Under the pieces are notes generated by a model. That model had not been told where the DNA came from. It did no database searches and worked only from the letters and a program-made list of their open reading frames with translations. Of a stretch of 64,000 nucleotides of DNA, positions 46,322 through 60,702 are shown in pieces. This DNA comes from Escherichia coli O157:H7. Its GTDB lineage: Bacteria > Pseudomonadota > Gammaproteobacteria > Enterobacterales > Enterobacteriaceae. How positions within the stretch are numbered: the first letter of the stretch is position 1; each line of letters starts with the position of its first letter. Location of the stretch: NCBI RefSeq assembly GCF_013167455.1, contig NZ_CP038328.1; one strand, written 5' to 3'. The position numbers were made by a program, and so were the translations under genes.

Positions 46322-47332
46322 ATGAGTGCGTTAAATAAGAAAAGTTTTCTTACTTACCTGAAAGAGGGCGGTATTTACGTCGTTCTTTTAGTTTTGCTTG
46401 CGATTATTATTTTCCAGGCCCCAACATTTTTAAGTCTGTTGAACTTAAGTAATATTCTCACCCAGTCATCGGTGCGTATTATTATCGCGCTCGGTGTGGC
46501 AGGGTTAATTGTCACCCAGGGGACCGACCTTTCTGCGGGGCGTCAAGTAGGGCTGGCGGCAGTGGTGGCAGCGACATTATTGCAGTCCATGGATAACGCC
46601 AACAAAGTGTTCCCGGAAATGGCGACGATGCCGATTGCGCTGGTTATTCTGATTGTCTGTGCCATTGGTGCGGTGATCGGTTTGATCAACGGTCTGATTA
46701 TCGCTTATCTCAACGTGACGCCGTTCATTACCACGCTCGGCACGATGATCATCGTCTATGGCATCAACTCGCTTTATTACGACTTTGTCGGGGCGTCGCC
46801 AATTTCTGGTTTTGACAGTGGCTTCTCTACCTTTGCTCAGGGCTTTGTCGCGCTGGGGAGTTTCCGTCTCTCTTACATCACCTTCTACGCGTTGATTGCG
46901 GTGGCGTTCGTCTGGGTGTTGTGGAACAAAACCCGCTTCGGTAAGAACATTTTTGCCATTGGCGGTAACCCGGAAGCGGCAAAAGTATCTGGTGTCAACG
47001 TCGGCCTGAACCTGCTGATGATCTACGCGTTGTCTGGCGTGTTCTATGCCTTTGGCGGGATGTTAGAAGCCGGACGTATCGGCTCTGCCACCAACAACCT
47101 CGGCTTTATGTATGAACTGGATGCTATCGCGGCGTGCGTGGTAGGCGGTGTATCGTTCAGCGGCGGTGTGGGGACGGTGATTGGCGTGGTGACCGGGGTA
47201 ATTATTTTTACCGTCATCAACTATGGCCTGACGTACATCGGCGTAAACCCATACTGGCAGTACATCATCAAAGGGGCGATTATTATCTTCGCCGTAGCGC
47301 TGGATTCACTGAAGTACGCGCGTAAGAAGTGA
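46322..47332 (+). CDS. mglC: Galactose/methyl-galactoside ABC transporter permease
   Basis: 336-aa multi-TM ORF. Confidence 0.93.
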   Translation: MSALNKKSFLTYLKEGGIYVVLLVLLAIIIFQAPTFLSLLNLSNILTQSSVRIIIALGVAGLIVTQGTDLSAGRQVGLAAVVAATLLQSMDNANKVFPEMATMPIALVILIVCAIGAVIGLINGLIIAYLNVTPFITTLGTMIIVYGINSLYYDFVGASPISGFDSGFSTFAQGFVALGSFRLSYITFYALIAVAFVWVLWNKTRFGKNIFAIGGNPEAAKVSGVNVGLNLLMIYALSGVFYAFGGMLEAGRIGSATNNLGFMYELDAIAACVVGGVSFSGGVGTVIGVVTGVIIFTVINYGLTYIGVNPYWQYIIKGAIIIFAVALDSLKYARKK

Positions 47333-47383
47333 AATGATTGTGGTCCGCATTCGGTCATAAACGCACATAACATCATGATCTGT

Positions 47384-47565
47384 GTGGTTTTGTAGGCCGG
47401 ATAAGGCGTTCACGCCGCATCCGGCGACAGGAGCCAAATGCCGGATGCAACGCTGGCGCGTTTTATCCGGCCTGCAATGAGCTCAACATACTGATTTGTA
47501 TGGTTTTGTAGGCCGGATAAGGCGTTCAAGCCGCATCCGGCGACAGGAACCAAATGCCGGATGCG
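47384..47565. repeat. BIME-type cluster: two near-identical ~64-bp REP-containing units spaced ~117 bp apart
   Basis: tggttttgtaggccggataaggcgttca(c/a)gccgcatccggcgacagga(g/a)ccaaatgccggatgc occurs at 47384-47448 and 47501-47564. Confidence 0.75.
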
Positions 47566-47574
47566 TCTCTGGTT

Positions 47575-48810
47575 TTACAACGTTACCGGGTGTTCTTTCT
47601 CGCCTTTCTTAAACTTCACTTCCCCGAGCTCAATACAACCCACCGGGCAGACGTGACCACAAAGCAGACAACCCACACATTTCTCGGTATTACAATGCGG
47701 TGTGCGGGTTTTCTCGCTCCATTCCATCGCCTGGTGACCGCCGTCGTAACAGGAAATATAACAGCGTCCACAGCCAACACATTTATCAAGATTGATACGG
47801 GGATAGACAATATAACTGCGGTCTAAATCTTCCGCCGGGACAATATTGTTATTCGCCAGACCTACCATCTCCTGCAACGAATCAAATCCCTGATCGGCGA
47901 GATAATGCGATAACCCGCTCGCCATATCTTCTACGATGCGATAGCCGTACTGCATAATGCCGGTGGTGACCTGTAACGTTGCTGCGCCGAGCAATAAAAA
48001 CTCCGCCGCATCCTCCCAGGTTTCAATGCCGCCGATACCGCTGATTGGGAAATCGCGCAGTTCTGGATGGGTGCGCATTTGCTGAATGAAGCGCAGGGCG
48101 ATCGGTTTTACCGCTTTACCGGAATATCCGGAAATACTCGATTTTCCGTTAACGATCGGCATACCGATTTTCTGATTAAGATCGATATTGGTGATGGATT
48201 TAACGGTGTTAATCGCCGCAATGCCATCTGCGCCGCCGCGCTTCGCCGCCAGCGCCACTTCGCACATATCACCGATATTCGGCGTCATCTTCGCCAGCAT
48301 TGGCAGCGTGGAACCCCGTTTCACTGCCCGACAATATTTTTCTACCAGCTCCGGGCTTTGCCCGACATCGCTACCCATCGCATGAGAAGTCATTTGCGGA
48401 CAGGAGAAGTTACACTCGATCATATCCGCGCCAGCTTCTTGCACCAGGCGCGCCAGCTCCTCCCATTGCTGCTCATTTTCCCCCATGATCGAAGCGATCA
48501 ATACTTTGTCCGGGTAATCTTCCTTCAGCCGACGCAGGGCGGCCAGATTCTCTTCCAACGGATGTTCAGCAATCTGTTCCATATTTTTGAAGCCGATAAA
48601 ACCGGTATCTTCTTTCACCAGATGATCAAAACGCGGCGAGACTTCGTTGGCGATAAAAAAGCCGATCGTTTTAAACACCACGCCGCCCCAACCTGTGTCG
48701 TAGGCTTTGGCACACATCTCATAGCAGTTGCCTACCGGCGAAGAAGAGAGGCAGAACGGGTTGGGAAACTTCACGCCGCAAAAAGTAATCGAAAGATCTT
48801 TCGTTAACAT
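47575..48810 (-). CDS. preA: NAD-dependent dihydropyrimidine dehydrogenase subunit PreA (4Fe-4S/FMN subunit)
   Basis: 411-aa product from [19 protein letters not shown]; C-terminal ferredoxin-like Cys clusters. Confidence 0.9.
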   Translation of the reverse strand: MLTKDLSITFCGVKFPNPFCLSSSPVGNCYEMCAKAYDTGWGGVVFKTIGFFIANEVSPRFDHLVKEDTGFIGFKNMEQIAEHPLEENLAALRRLKEDYPDKVLIASIMGENEQQWEELARLVQEAGADMIECNFSCPQMTSHAMGSDVGQSPELVEKYCRAVKRGSTLPMLAKMTPNIGDMCEVALAAKRGGADGIAAINTVKSITNIDLNQKIGMPIVNGKSSISGYSGKAVKPIALRFIQQMRTHPELRDFPISGIGGIETWEDAAEFLLLGAATLQVTTGIMQYGYRIVEDMASGLSHYLADQGFDSLQEMVGLANNNIVPAEDLDRSYIVYPRINLDKCVGCGRCYISCYDGGHQAMEWSEKTRTPHCNTEKCVGCLLCGHVCPVGCIELGEVKFKKGEKEHPVTL

Positions 48811-50042
48811 GAGCAAGCTCCCTCTAAATAGTGATGAATCGCCTCGGCGGCTTCTTTCCCGGTTTTCACGGCATAGACCACGGTTTTGTCACCCTCAACA
48901 ATATCGCCAGCAGCAAAGACTTGCGGATCGCGGGTCTGATAATTTTGTGTTTTGATGGTGTTACGCTGCGGCTCTAACTTCGCAAAGTCATCCAGTCTGG
49001 CATGCTGACCGACGGCGAGAATAATTTTATCTGCCGCCATCGTCAGTTCGCCCGATAACCGTACATGCTTAAACGTGACTTTATTGCCTTCCACGGCTAC
49101 TGGCGTGAATCCATCGATGATCGAAACGCCCAGCTCCCGGGCGCTGGCAAACTCTTTTTCGCTTGCCGGAAACTCATCTAACTCTTCACGCGCTACGCAA
49201 GTTACCGCCTGACAGCCGAGAACTTTCAGCGTGCTGGCTACGTCCATCGCGACATCACCGCCGCCGATAATTAATGCGCTTTGTGGAATGCTGATATCGC
49301 CTTGCGCCTGTCGTGCACGTAGCAGGAAGTCGACGGCAATCTCAACGTCGCTATGCTCAAACAGCGGTAGCCCGGAACCGCTTGATAACCCCACGGTGAC
49401 CAGTACCGCGCGGTTTTCCGCTTTCAGTTGCTCCAGGGTGAGTGTTTTACCGATTTCGTTATTGCACTTAATGGTCACGCCCATTTTTTCAATACGGGCG
49501 ATTTCTGCATCCAGCACTGATTGCGGTAACCGAAATTGCGGAATACCGTTACGCAACCAGCCACCGGGGTGCGCTTCTTTCTCATAAATCGTGACGTCAT
49601 AACCCTGGTTTGTTAGCGTCACACTGGCCTGCAATCCGGCAGGACCTGCGCCAATAATCGCGACTTTGCCGAGCGTTTTAGTACCGGGCTGATAAATTTC
49701 CATCCCGGTTTGTTGTTCAAAATCAGTAACAAAACGCTGTAAGCGGCCGATATCAATGGGAGCATCAACACCGGCACGGGTACAACCGCTTTGGCATAAT
49801 TTCTCCGTCGGGCACACTCTGGCACAAACGGCACCGAGGGCATTATTTTCGCGAATTGTCTCGGCAGCGCCTTTAAAATTACGAAAGTAGATTGAGCGAA
49901 TAAATTTCCCCGGATCGGTCTGTGCCGGGCAAGCCTGACTACAGGGAGCGTCGTGACATAATAAACAGCGAGAGGCTTCTTTAATCGCCAGTAACGGCGT
50001 AAAAGCCGGAGTGAGTTCATCCAGATAATTTTGTTGCGGCAT
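48804..50042 (-). CDS. preT: Dihydropyrimidine dehydrogenase subunit PreT (FAD/NAD-binding)
   Basis: 412-aa ORF with GAGPAG dinucleotide-binding motif; 3' end overlaps preA start. Confidence 0.9.
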   Translation of the reverse strand: MPQQNYLDELTPAFTPLLAIKEASRCLLCHDAPCSQACPAQTDPGKFIRSIYFRNFKGAAETIRENNALGAVCARVCPTEKLCQSGCTRAGVDAPIDIGRLQRFVTDFEQQTGMEIYQPGTKTLGKVAIIGAGPAGLQASVTLTNQGYDVTIYEKEAHPGGWLRNGIPQFRLPQSVLDAEIARIEKMGVTIKCNNEIGKTLTLEQLKAENRAVLVTVGLSSGSGLPLFEHSDVEIAVDFLLRARQAQGDISIPQSALIIGGGDVAMDVASTLKVLGCQAVTCVAREELDEFPASEKEFASARELGVSIIDGFTPVAVEGNKVTFKHVRLSGELTMAADKIILAVGQHARLDDFAKLEPQRNTIKTQNYQTRDPQVFAAGDIVEGDKTVVYAVKTGKEAAEAIHHYLEGACSC

Positions 50043-50235
50043 GTGATCTTCCTTAATGCTATGAGTAATTAAGGCGAACGCTAAATAAATATTGCGTGCT
50101 GATATTAAGGCTATGCGCGTGGGGAAATTTAAACTGTGAAAGGATTCACAAATAGCTGCGGTTCAGAATGTTATATCCGCAGCTTATTGAGTGAAGTAAT
50201 AATTATTCTCAATAATTAACAGAAAAGAGAAAATA

Positions 50236-52231
<1,996 letters not shown>

Positions 52232-52360
52232 GGCGTTGCCTCATAATCATGTAATGGGATAACAGTTTACGAACCCGTTATGGCTTTATATGTGATCTGA
52301 ATCTCATTAATTATGCAACGCGTGAAACTTACATCAAAAATGCGCGACGCATCGCAAATT

Positions 52361-53487
<1,127 letters not shown>

Positions 53488-53581
53488 TTAATTCGTAAAA
53501 CGTGCTACCGATCACATTAAGAATTCTCAGCATAGTTGAATTTTAGGGAGGTAACCTCGGGCGAGCGCCCCGTTCAGCACA

Positions 53582-54490
53582 CTAATTCTGCTGTAAAAAG
53601 TGCAGAAACTGACTTAAAGCATAAGAAGGCGTTTCGTTATTGCGCCAGAACACACCGACGCTACCTTTCTGTTCTATCTTTGGCAGGTTGAGTATCACCA
53701 GTTGTCCCTGGCTGGCATAACGTTGCGCCAGGCGTAATGACAAAATAGAGATCATATCGCTGCTTTGTAACAGGTTGGTACTGACGTTCATCGACGCCGA
53801 CTCAATCGTGTTTTCTGGCAGCATTACGCCGTGGTCTACCAGCGCATTATCAATACTAATGCGAATGGGGGTACCCGTCGGCCAGACGATCCAGCGCCAG
53901 TTGGCAAGATCATTCCAGCTGAGGGTGGCGTATTTCGCCAGTGGGTGCTCAGGGCGGGCGACAAAGCATACTGGCTCGGTGTACAGCACCTGATAATTCA
54001 GTGGCAGCTGCAATGCGCGACCGCCAATTCGCCCAACGACCACATCGACAGAACCGGCCAATAGATCTTGCAGCAATGGGGTCATCACCTTCTCTTCGAT
54101 ATTCAGGTGTAGAGTTGGCATCTTCGTAAGCAAATGCAAAATCGCCTGGGATACGCAGTCAGTGGCGACGGGAGAACAGCCAATTTTCAGACTGCCGACC
54201 AGTCCACCTTGTTTAAAACGGGCCAGTTCATGTTGCGATCGCTCCATGTCATTGATTAACCGTTGGGCATGTTGCAATAACAATTTGCCGCCTTCAGTCG
54301 GACGTAATCCTTTGCTGTGCCGCTCAAAAAGTGTGATTCCAATCTCATCTTCGAGTTGTGACAACCATTTCGAAAGCGCAGGTTGGGTGATATTCATCAT
54401 TCGTGCGACATGGGTTAGATTGCCCTGTTCACCCAGCGCCACCAGCATTTCAAGGTGATGTAGTTTTAATTTTTGCGCCCAGTTCGCCAT
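53582..54490 (-). CDS. mhbR: LysR-family transcriptional regulator of the gentisate cluster (MhbR-like)
   Basis: N-terminal HTH (LHHLEMLVALGEQGNLTHVARMMNITQPALSKWLSQLE); start placed at MANWAQ with GAGG RBS rather than the 16-codon longer ORF; divergent from the transporter gene. Confidence 0.8.
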   Translation of the reverse strand: MANWAQKLKLHHLEMLVALGEQGNLTHVARMMNITQPALSKWLSQLEDEIGITLFERHSKGLRPTEGGKLLLQHAQRLINDMERSQHELARFKQGGLVGSLKIGCSPVATDCVSQAILHLLTKMPTLHLNIEEKVMTPLLQDLLAGSVDVVVGRIGGRALQLPLNYQVLYTEPVCFVARPEHPLAKYATLSWNDLANWRWIVWPTGTPIRISIDNALVDHGVMLPENTIESASMNVSTNLLQSSDMISILSLRLAQRYASQGQLVILNLPKIEQKGSVGVFWRNNETPSYALSQFLHFLQQN

Positions 54491-54495
54491 TTGCC

Positions 54496-54511
54496 ATAAC
54501 CTCAAGGTTAT
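54496..54511. promoter_or_regulatory. LysR-type palindromic box in the mhbR/mhbT divergent promoter
   Basis: ataacc-tcaa-ggttat perfect inverted repeat of T-N11-A type between the divergent regulator and transporter genes. Confidence 0.45.
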
Positions 54512-54616
54512 CTCTCTGCCCGAAATGCCATTGTACATCTCATCTCTTTAATCACAATATCGCAACATATACAAAACAAAAGAAACATCTACCTTACCTG
54601 CACTGAGGCATTTACT

Positions 54617-55975
54617 ATGACTCAACGACGTGATTTACAAGCACTTATCGATGCTGCTCCGGTCGGCAAGATGCAGTGGCGCGTTATCATCTGCTGTTTT
54701 CTGGTGGTAATGCTCGATGGTTTTGACACCGCGGCTATCGGATTTATCGCCCCTGATATTCGCACTCACTGGCAACTCACCGCAGGCGATCTCGCCCCGC
54801 TTTTTGGCGCGGGTCTGCTAGGATTAACCGCAGGCGCACTGCTTTGTGGCCCGTTGTCCGATCGCTTTGGTCGCAAGCGGGTGATTGAGCTGTGCGTCTT
54901 TTTGTTTGGCGCGTTAAGCCTCGCCTCGGCTTTCTCACCGGATCTGCAAACGCTGGTCTTCCTGCGCTTTCTCACCGGCCTGGGTCTGGGCGGCGCGATG
55001 CCGAACACCATCACCATGACCTCGGAGTATCTGCCTGCCCGCCGCCGCGGCGCGCTGGTGACGCTGATGTTTTGCGGCTTTACGCTGGGTTCGGCGTTTG
55101 GCGGGATTGTCAGTGCGCAGCTGGTGCCGGTGATTGGCTGGCACGGCATTCTGGTGTTGGGGGGCGTGTTACCGCTGATGCTGTTTGTCGCACTGCTGGT
55201 AGTTCTGCCGGAATCGCCACGCTGGCAGGTGCGCCGCCAGCTACCGCAGGCGGTGATTGCGAAAACCGTCAGCGCCATCACCCGCGAGCGTTATGTCGAT
55301 ACCCACTTTTATCTCATTGAATCAGCCTCCGTTACAAAAGGCAGCATTCGTCAACTGTTTATGGGACGTCAGTTACCCATCACGTTGATGCTGTGGGTAG
55401 TGTTCTTTATGAGCCTGCTGATTATTTACCTGCTCTCAAGCTGGATGCCGACGCTACTGAACCATCGCGGCATCGACCTGCAACACGCGTCCTGGGTCAC
55501 CGCCGCGTTCCAGATTGGTGGTACGTTAGGCGCGCTGGCGCTGGGTGTGCTGATGGATAAGTTCAATCCTTTCCGCGTGCTGACGCTGAGCTATGCCATA
55601 GGCGCTATATGCATCGTGATGATTGGCTTAAGCCAGGATGGATTATGGTTGATGGCGCTGGCGATTTTCGGCACTGGCATTGGCATTAGCGGATCGCAGG
55701 TGGGGCTGAATGCGCTGACCGCAACACTTTATCCAACACAAAGTCGAGCCACGGGCGTGAGCTGGTCAAATGCTATCGGCCGCTGCGGCGCGATTGTTGG
55801 TTCGCTGTCTGGCGGCGTGATGATGGCGATGAATTTCTCTTTCGACACCCTGTTTTTCATTATCGCTGTGCCTGCGGCGATCAGTGCGGTGATGTTAACC
55901 CTGCTGATTACCGTGGTTCGCCAGTCGACCTCTGTCCCTGACTCACTGCCTCGCGCAGGCGTTGTGAACGAATAA
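54617..55975 (+). CDS. mhbT: MFS aromatic acid:H+ symporter (AAHS family), probable 3-hydroxybenzoate transporter
   Basis: 452-aa 12-TM ORF with MFS motif [11 protein letters not shown]. Confidence 0.8.
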   Translation: MTQRRDLQALIDAAPVGKMQWRVIICCFLVVMLDGFDTAAIGFIAPDIRTHWQLTAGDLAPLFGAGLLGLTAGALLCGPLSDRFGRKRVIELCVFLFGALSLASAFSPDLQTLVFLRFLTGLGLGGAMPNTITMTSEYLPARRRGALVTLMFCGFTLGSAFGGIVSAQLVPVIGWHGILVLGGVLPLMLFVALLVVLPESPRWQVRRQLPQAVIAKTVSAITRERYVDTHFYLIESASVTKGSIRQLFMGRQLPITLMLWVVFFMSLLIIYLLSSWMPTLLNHRGIDLQHASWVTAAFQIGGTLGALALGVLMDKFNPFRVLTLSYAIGAICIVMIGLSQDGLWLMALAIFGTGIGISGSQVGLNALTATLYPTQSRATGVSWSNAIGRCGAIVGSLSGGVMMAMNFSFDTLFFIIAVPAAISAVMLTLLITVVRQSTSVPDSLPRAGVVNE

Positions 55976-55986
55976 GGAGCATCTCA

Positions 55987-57015
55987 ATGACTGATAACAA
56001 TCAAAATAGCCGCGAGCAATTTTATCAGCATATTTCCGGGCAAAACCTGACCCCGCTGTGGGAGTCACTGCACCATCTGGTGCCGAAAACGCCCAACGCT
56101 AACTGTGCGCCAGCGTACTGGAATTATCAGGAGATCCGCCCGCTGCTACTGGAGAGCGGCGGCCTGATTGGTGCGAAAGAGGCCGTGCGCCGCGTGCTGG
56201 TGCTGGAAAACCCGGCGCTGCGCGGGCAGTCTTCCATTACCGCGACTTTATATGCCGGTTTGCAACTGATCATGCCGGGCGAAGTGGCACCGAGTCATCG
56301 TCATAATCAGTCGGCGCTGCGTTTTATTGTTGAAGGCAAAGGGGCATTTACCGCCGTTGATGGCGAACGCACGCCAATGAATGAAGGCGATTTTATCCTG
56401 ACCCCGCAGTGGCGCTGGCACGATCACGGTAACCCTGGCGACGAACCGGTTATCTGGCTCGATGGGCTGGATCTGCCATTAGTGAATATTCTGGGCTGCG
56501 GTTTTGCCGAAGATTATCCGGAAGAGCAACAACCGGTAACGCGTAAAGAGGGAGATTATCTGCCGCGTTACGCTGCCAATATGTTGCCGCTGCGGCATCA
56601 GACGGGGAACTCCTCGCCGATCTTTAACTATCGTTATGACCGCAGCCGCGAAGTGCTGCACGATTTAACCCGACTGGGCGATGCCGACGAGTGGGATGGC
56701 TACAAAATGCGCTACGTCAACCCGGTCACCGGCGGCTATCCGATGCCGTCGATGGGCGCTTTCCTGCAACTGCTGCCGAAAGGGTTTGCCTCACGCGTTG
56801 CGCGTACCACTGACAGCACCATCTACCATGTGGTGGAAGGTAGCGGGCAGGTCATCATCGGCAATGAAACCTTCAGCTTTAGTGCAAAAGATATCTTCGT
56901 GGTGCCGACCTGGCATGGCGTGTCGTTCCAGACCACGCAAGATTCCGTTTTATTTAGTTTTTCGGACAGACCGGTACAAGAAGCCCTGGGGCTGTTCCGC
57001 GAAGCGCGTTATTAA
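55987..57015 (+). CDS. mhbD: Gentisate 1,2-dioxygenase (bicupin)
   Basis: 342-aa ORF with cupin His motifs ([13 protein letters not shown]...WRWHDHGN). Confidence 0.85.
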
Positions 57016-57029
57016 TTTAGGAGAGAAAA

Positions 57030-57731
57030 ATGACTCAATACGTATTCGAACCGCAAGCGCCCGTTACCGTACCGGTTGTTGGCAGTGATGAACAATTCCC
57101 CGTGCGCCGCGTTTACTGCGTCGGACGTAACTATGCCGCTCACGCCCGCGAAATGGGCTTTGATCCGGATCGTGAACCGCCATTCTTCTTCTGCAAACCG
57201 GCGGATGCCGTTGTTCCGGTTGCCGCTGGTGAAACGCTGGCGCTGCCGTATCCGGCACAGACCGATAACTACCATTACGAAATTGAACTGGTGGTGGCGA
57301 TTGGTAAAAAAGGCAGCGATATCCCGCTGGAACACGCCCATGAATATGTCTGGGGTTATGCCACGGGTCTTGATATGACTCGGCGTGACCGTCAAATGGA
57401 AATGCGCCAGATGGGCCGCCCGTGGGAAATCGGTAAAGCGTTTGATCTCTCAGCGCCCATCGCGCCGCTGCACAAAGCCCGCGATATCGGCGGTATTGAT
57501 AATGCGCCAATCTGGTTACAGGTTAACGGCGAAGATCATCAGCGCAGCGATATTCGCCATCTCATCTGGTCGGTGAATGAAACCATCTGCTATCTGTCAG
57601 GCTTCTTTGAGCTGCAACCGGGCGATCTGATCTTCACCGGTACGCCGGAAGGGGTTGGCCCGGTAGTGAAAGGTGATGTGATCACAGGCAACGTCGAGGG
57701 CTTAACGCCTATCGCGGTGAAGATTGTCTGA
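57030..57731 (+). CDS. mhbH: Fumarylpyruvate hydrolase (FAH family)
   Basis: 233-aa ORF of the fumarylacetoacetate hydrolase family; 14 bp after the dioxygenase gene. Confidence 0.8.
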   Translation: MTQYVFEPQAPVTVPVVGSDEQFPVRRVYCVGRNYAAHAREMGFDPDREPPFFFCKPADAVVPVAAGETLALPYPAQTDNYHYEIELVVAIGKKGSDIPLEHAHEYVWGYATGLDMTRRDRQMEMRQMGRPWEIGKAFDLSAPIAPLHKARDIGGIDNAPIWLQVNGEDHQRSDIRHLIWSVNETICYLSGFFELQPGDLIFTGTPEGVGPVVKGDVITGNVEGLTPIAVKIV

Positions 57732-57736
57732 GGTGC

Positions 57737-58384
57737 ATGATGAAGCTGTACAGTTTTTTTAATAGTTCAGCGTCGTACCGGGTACGCATTGCGCTGGCGC
57801 TGAAAGGCATTAATTACCAGACCGAAGGGGTGAATATCCGTATTGGTCAGCAAAATGAACTGGCCTATCGGCGGATGAATCCGGTCGGGCTGGTGCCGAC
57901 GCTGCTGACTGACGAGGGCGAATCACTCGGACAATCGCTGGCGATTATTGACTGGCTGGAGAGGCACTACCCGCAAGTTCCGCTGGTGCCGCAGGAAGAG
58001 CCGGCCCGCAACAAGGTGCTGGAAATTGTCTATGCCATCGCTTGTGATATTCATCCATTGAATAACTTGCGCGTGCTGCGCTACCTGACCGAAGAACTGA
58101 ACGTCAGTGAAGAAGAAAAAAAACGTTGGTATGCGCACTGGATCCAGCAAGGGTTAAGCGCGGTGGAACAACTGTTGCGCCAGAACCAGTCGGGGCAATT
58201 TTGTGTGGGCGAGACGCCGACGCTGGCAGATTGCTGCCTTGTCCCGCAGTGGGCGAACGCGCTACGCATGAACTGCGATTTGAGCGGGTATCCACGCTGC
58301 AAAGCGGTGTACGACGCCTGCACACAGCTGCCAGCGTTCATTGCCGCAGCGCCAGAAAATCAACAAGATAAAATTTCAGCCTGA
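57737..58384 (+). CDS. mhbI: Maleylpyruvate isomerase (GST zeta / maleylacetoacetate isomerase family)
   Basis: 215-aa ORF with GST N-terminal thioredoxin-like fold (MKLYSFFNSSASYRVRIAL). Confidence 0.8.
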   Translation: MMKLYSFFNSSASYRVRIALALKGINYQTEGVNIRIGQQNELAYRRMNPVGLVPTLLTDEGESLGQSLAIIDWLERHYPQVPLVPQEEPARNKVLEIVYAIACDIHPLNNLRVLRYLTEELNVSEEEKKRWYAHWIQQGLSAVEQLLRQNQSGQFCVGETPTLADCCLVPQWANALRMNCDLSGYPRCKAVYDACTQLPAFIAAAPENQQDKISA

Positions 58385-58398
58385 CCAGGAGAACTATA

Positions 58399-59592
58399 AT
58401 GACGAAAGTGACACGCGCAGTAATTGTGGGAGGCGGGATCGGCGGTGCGGCAACTGCGCTGTCACTGGCCCGCCTGGGGATCAAAGTGGTGCTGCTGGAA
58501 AAGGCGCATGAGATCGGTGAGATTGGCGCGGGCATCCAGTTGGGGCCAAATGCGTTTTCGGCGCTGGACAGCCTCGGCGTCGGCGAAGTTGCCCGCCAGC
58601 GCGCGGTGTTTACCGATCACATTACCATGATGGATGCGGTGAACGCCGAAGAAGTGGTGTGCATTGAAACCGGGCAGGCCTTTCGTGACCATTTCGGCGG
58701 CCCTTACGCGGTGATCCACCGGGTTGATATTCACGCCTCGGTGTGGGAAGCGGTACTGACGCATCCGGACGTGGAATATCACACCTCCACCAACGTCGTG
58801 GATATTCGCGAGACGGAAGACGATGTCACCGTGTTTGACGATCGCGGCAATAGCTGGACCGGCGATATTCTGATTGGCTGTGACGGCGTGAAGTCAGTGG
58901 TGCGCCAGAGCTTATTGGGCGATGCGCCGCGTGTCACCGGACATGTTGTCTACCGTGCGGTTATCGATCGTGCCGATATGCCGGAAGATTTGCGCATTAA
59001 CGCACCGGTACTGTGGGCGGGGCCGCATTGTCACTTGGTGCATTACCCTTTGCGCGGCGGCAAGCAGTATAACCTGGTGGTAACATTCCACAGCCGCCAG
59101 CAGGAAGAGTGGGGCGTGAAGGATGGTAGTAAAGAGGAAGTGCTCTCTTACTTTGAAGGGATTCACCCCCGTCCGCGCCAGATGTTGGATAAACCGACTT
59201 CATGGCGACGCTGGTCAACCGCTGACCGTGAACCGGTGGCGAAGTGGGGAACGAAGCGCATAACGCTTGTGGGCGATTCGGCCCATCCGGTGGCGCAATA
59301 TATGGCGCAGGGAGCCTGTATGGCGCTGGAAGATGCAGTAACGCTGGGTAAGGCGCTGGCGCAGTGTGAGGGTGATGCGGCGCAAGCCTTTGCGCTGTAT
59401 GAGTCGGTACGAATTCCGCGCACCGCGCGCATCGTCTGGTCGACCCGTGAAATGGGGCGGGTTTACCACGCCGCAGGGGTAGAACGCCAGGTACGTAATC
59501 TGCTGTGGAAAGGGAAATCGCAGGCAGAATTTTATCGCGGCATGGAGTGGTTGTACGGCTGGAAAGAAGATAACTGTTTGCAACCACGCTAA
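58399..59592 (+). CDS. mhbM: FAD-dependent 3-hydroxybenzoate 6-hydroxylase (flavoprotein monooxygenase)
   Basis: 397-aa ORF with GxGxxG FAD motif (VIVGGGIGGAATA) and salicylate hydroxylase-like core. Confidence 0.8.
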   Translation: MTKVTRAVIVGGGIGGAATALSLARLGIKVVLLEKAHEIGEIGAGIQLGPNAFSALDSLGVGEVARQRAVFTDHITMMDAVNAEEVVCIETGQAFRDHFGGPYAVIHRVDIHASVWEAVLTHPDVEYHTSTNVVDIRETEDDVTVFDDRGNSWTGDILIGCDGVKSVVRQSLLGDAPRVTGHVVYRAVIDRADMPEDLRINAPVLWAGPHCHLVHYPLRGGKQYNLVVTFHSRQQEEWGVKDGSKEEVLSYFEGIHPRPRQMLDKPTSWRRWSTADREPVAKWGTKRITLVGDSAHPVAQYMAQGACMALEDAVTLGKALAQCEGDAAQAFALYESVRIPRTARIVWSTREMGRVYHAAGVERQVRNLLWKGKSQAEFYRGMEWLYGWKEDNCLQPR

Positions 59593-59751
59593 GCACTTCT
59601 TCACCCAATCAGGCGCACGGGCGGTCCCCTCGCCCCTTCGGGAGAGGGTTAGGGTGAGGGTAAAAATCTTGCCCGAATTAATCAGTAAGTCAGTTTGTCT
59701 GCAAACACAGGAGGCGCTAACATAGCGCCTCATTTTTTTGCGGGTGATGAT

Positions 59752-60702
59752 ATGCGTGTGTTACTGGCTCCGATGGAGGGAGTGCTTGACTCTCTGGTGC
59801 GTGAATTGCTGACCGAAGTTAACGACTACGATCTGTGCATCACCGAGTTCGTCCGCGTGGTGGATCAACTGCTGCCGGTGAAAGTCTTTCATCGCATTTG
59901 CCCTGAGCTACAAAACGCCAGCCGGACACCATCCGGTACGCTGGTGCGCGTGCAGTTGTTGGGTCAGTTCCCACAATGGCTGGCAGAGAACGCCGCCCGT
60001 GCGGTGGAATTAGGTTCCTGGGGCGTGGATCTCAATTGCGGCTGCCCGTCGAAAACGGTTAACGGTAGCGGTGGTGGGGCGACGTTACTCAAAGATCCTG
60101 AACTCATCTACCAGGGGGCAAAAGCGATGCGTGAAGCTGTACCGGCGCATTTGCCCGTCAGCGTGAAAGTGCGTCTGGGCTGGGACAGCGGTGAGAAGAA
60201 ATTTGAAATCGCCGATGCGGTTCAACAGGCTGGTGCTACGGAGCTGGTGGTGCATGGACGGACAAAAGAGCAGGGTTACCGCGCGGAGCATATTGACTGG
60301 CAGGCGATTGGCGAGATTCGCCAGCGGCTGAATATTCCGGTGATTGCCAACGGCGAAATCTGGGACTGGCAGAGCGCGCAAGAATGCATGGCGATCAGCG
60401 GCTGCGACTCAGTGATGATTGGTCGCGGGGCGCTCAATATTCCCAACCTGAGCCGGGTAGTAAAATATAACGAACCGCGAATGCCGTGGCCGGAGGTGGT
60501 TGCTTTGCTGCAAAAATATACCCGTCTGGAAAAGCAGGGCGATACCGGGTTATATCACGTAGCGCGGATTAAACAGTGGTTGAGTTATTTGCGTAAAGAA
60601 TACGATGAAGCAACAGAATTATTTCAGCATGTTCGTGTGTTGAATAATTCCCCTGATATTGCAAGGGCTATTCAGGCAATTGATATCGGTAAGCTGCGAT
60701 AA
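59752..60702 (+). CDS. dusC: tRNA-dihydrouridine(16) synthase DusC
   Basis: 315-aa product from [14 protein letters not shown]; track ORF has a 19-codon upstream extension. Confidence 0.9.
   Translation: MRVLLAPMEGVLDSLVRELLTEVNDYDLCITEFVRVVDQLLPVKVFHRICPELQNASRTPSGTLVRVQLLGQFPQWLAENAARAVELGSWGVDLNCGCPSKTVNGSGGGATLLKDPELIYQGAKAMREAVPAHLPVSVKVRLGWDSGEKKFEIADAVQQAGATELVVHGRTKEQGYRAEHIDWQAIGEIRQRLNIPVIANGEIWDWQSAQECMAISGCDSVMIGRGALNIPNLSRVVKYNEPRMPWPEVVALLQKYTRLEKQGDTGLYHVARIKQWLSYLRKEYDEATELFQHVRVLNNSPDIARAIQAIDIGKLR

Noticed and set aside
47384-47565. Possible CRISPR array suggested by regularly spaced repeats
   Set aside because: Only two full units; the repeats are REP palindromes with a shared spacer, not short repeats separated by unique spacers; no cas genes in the window
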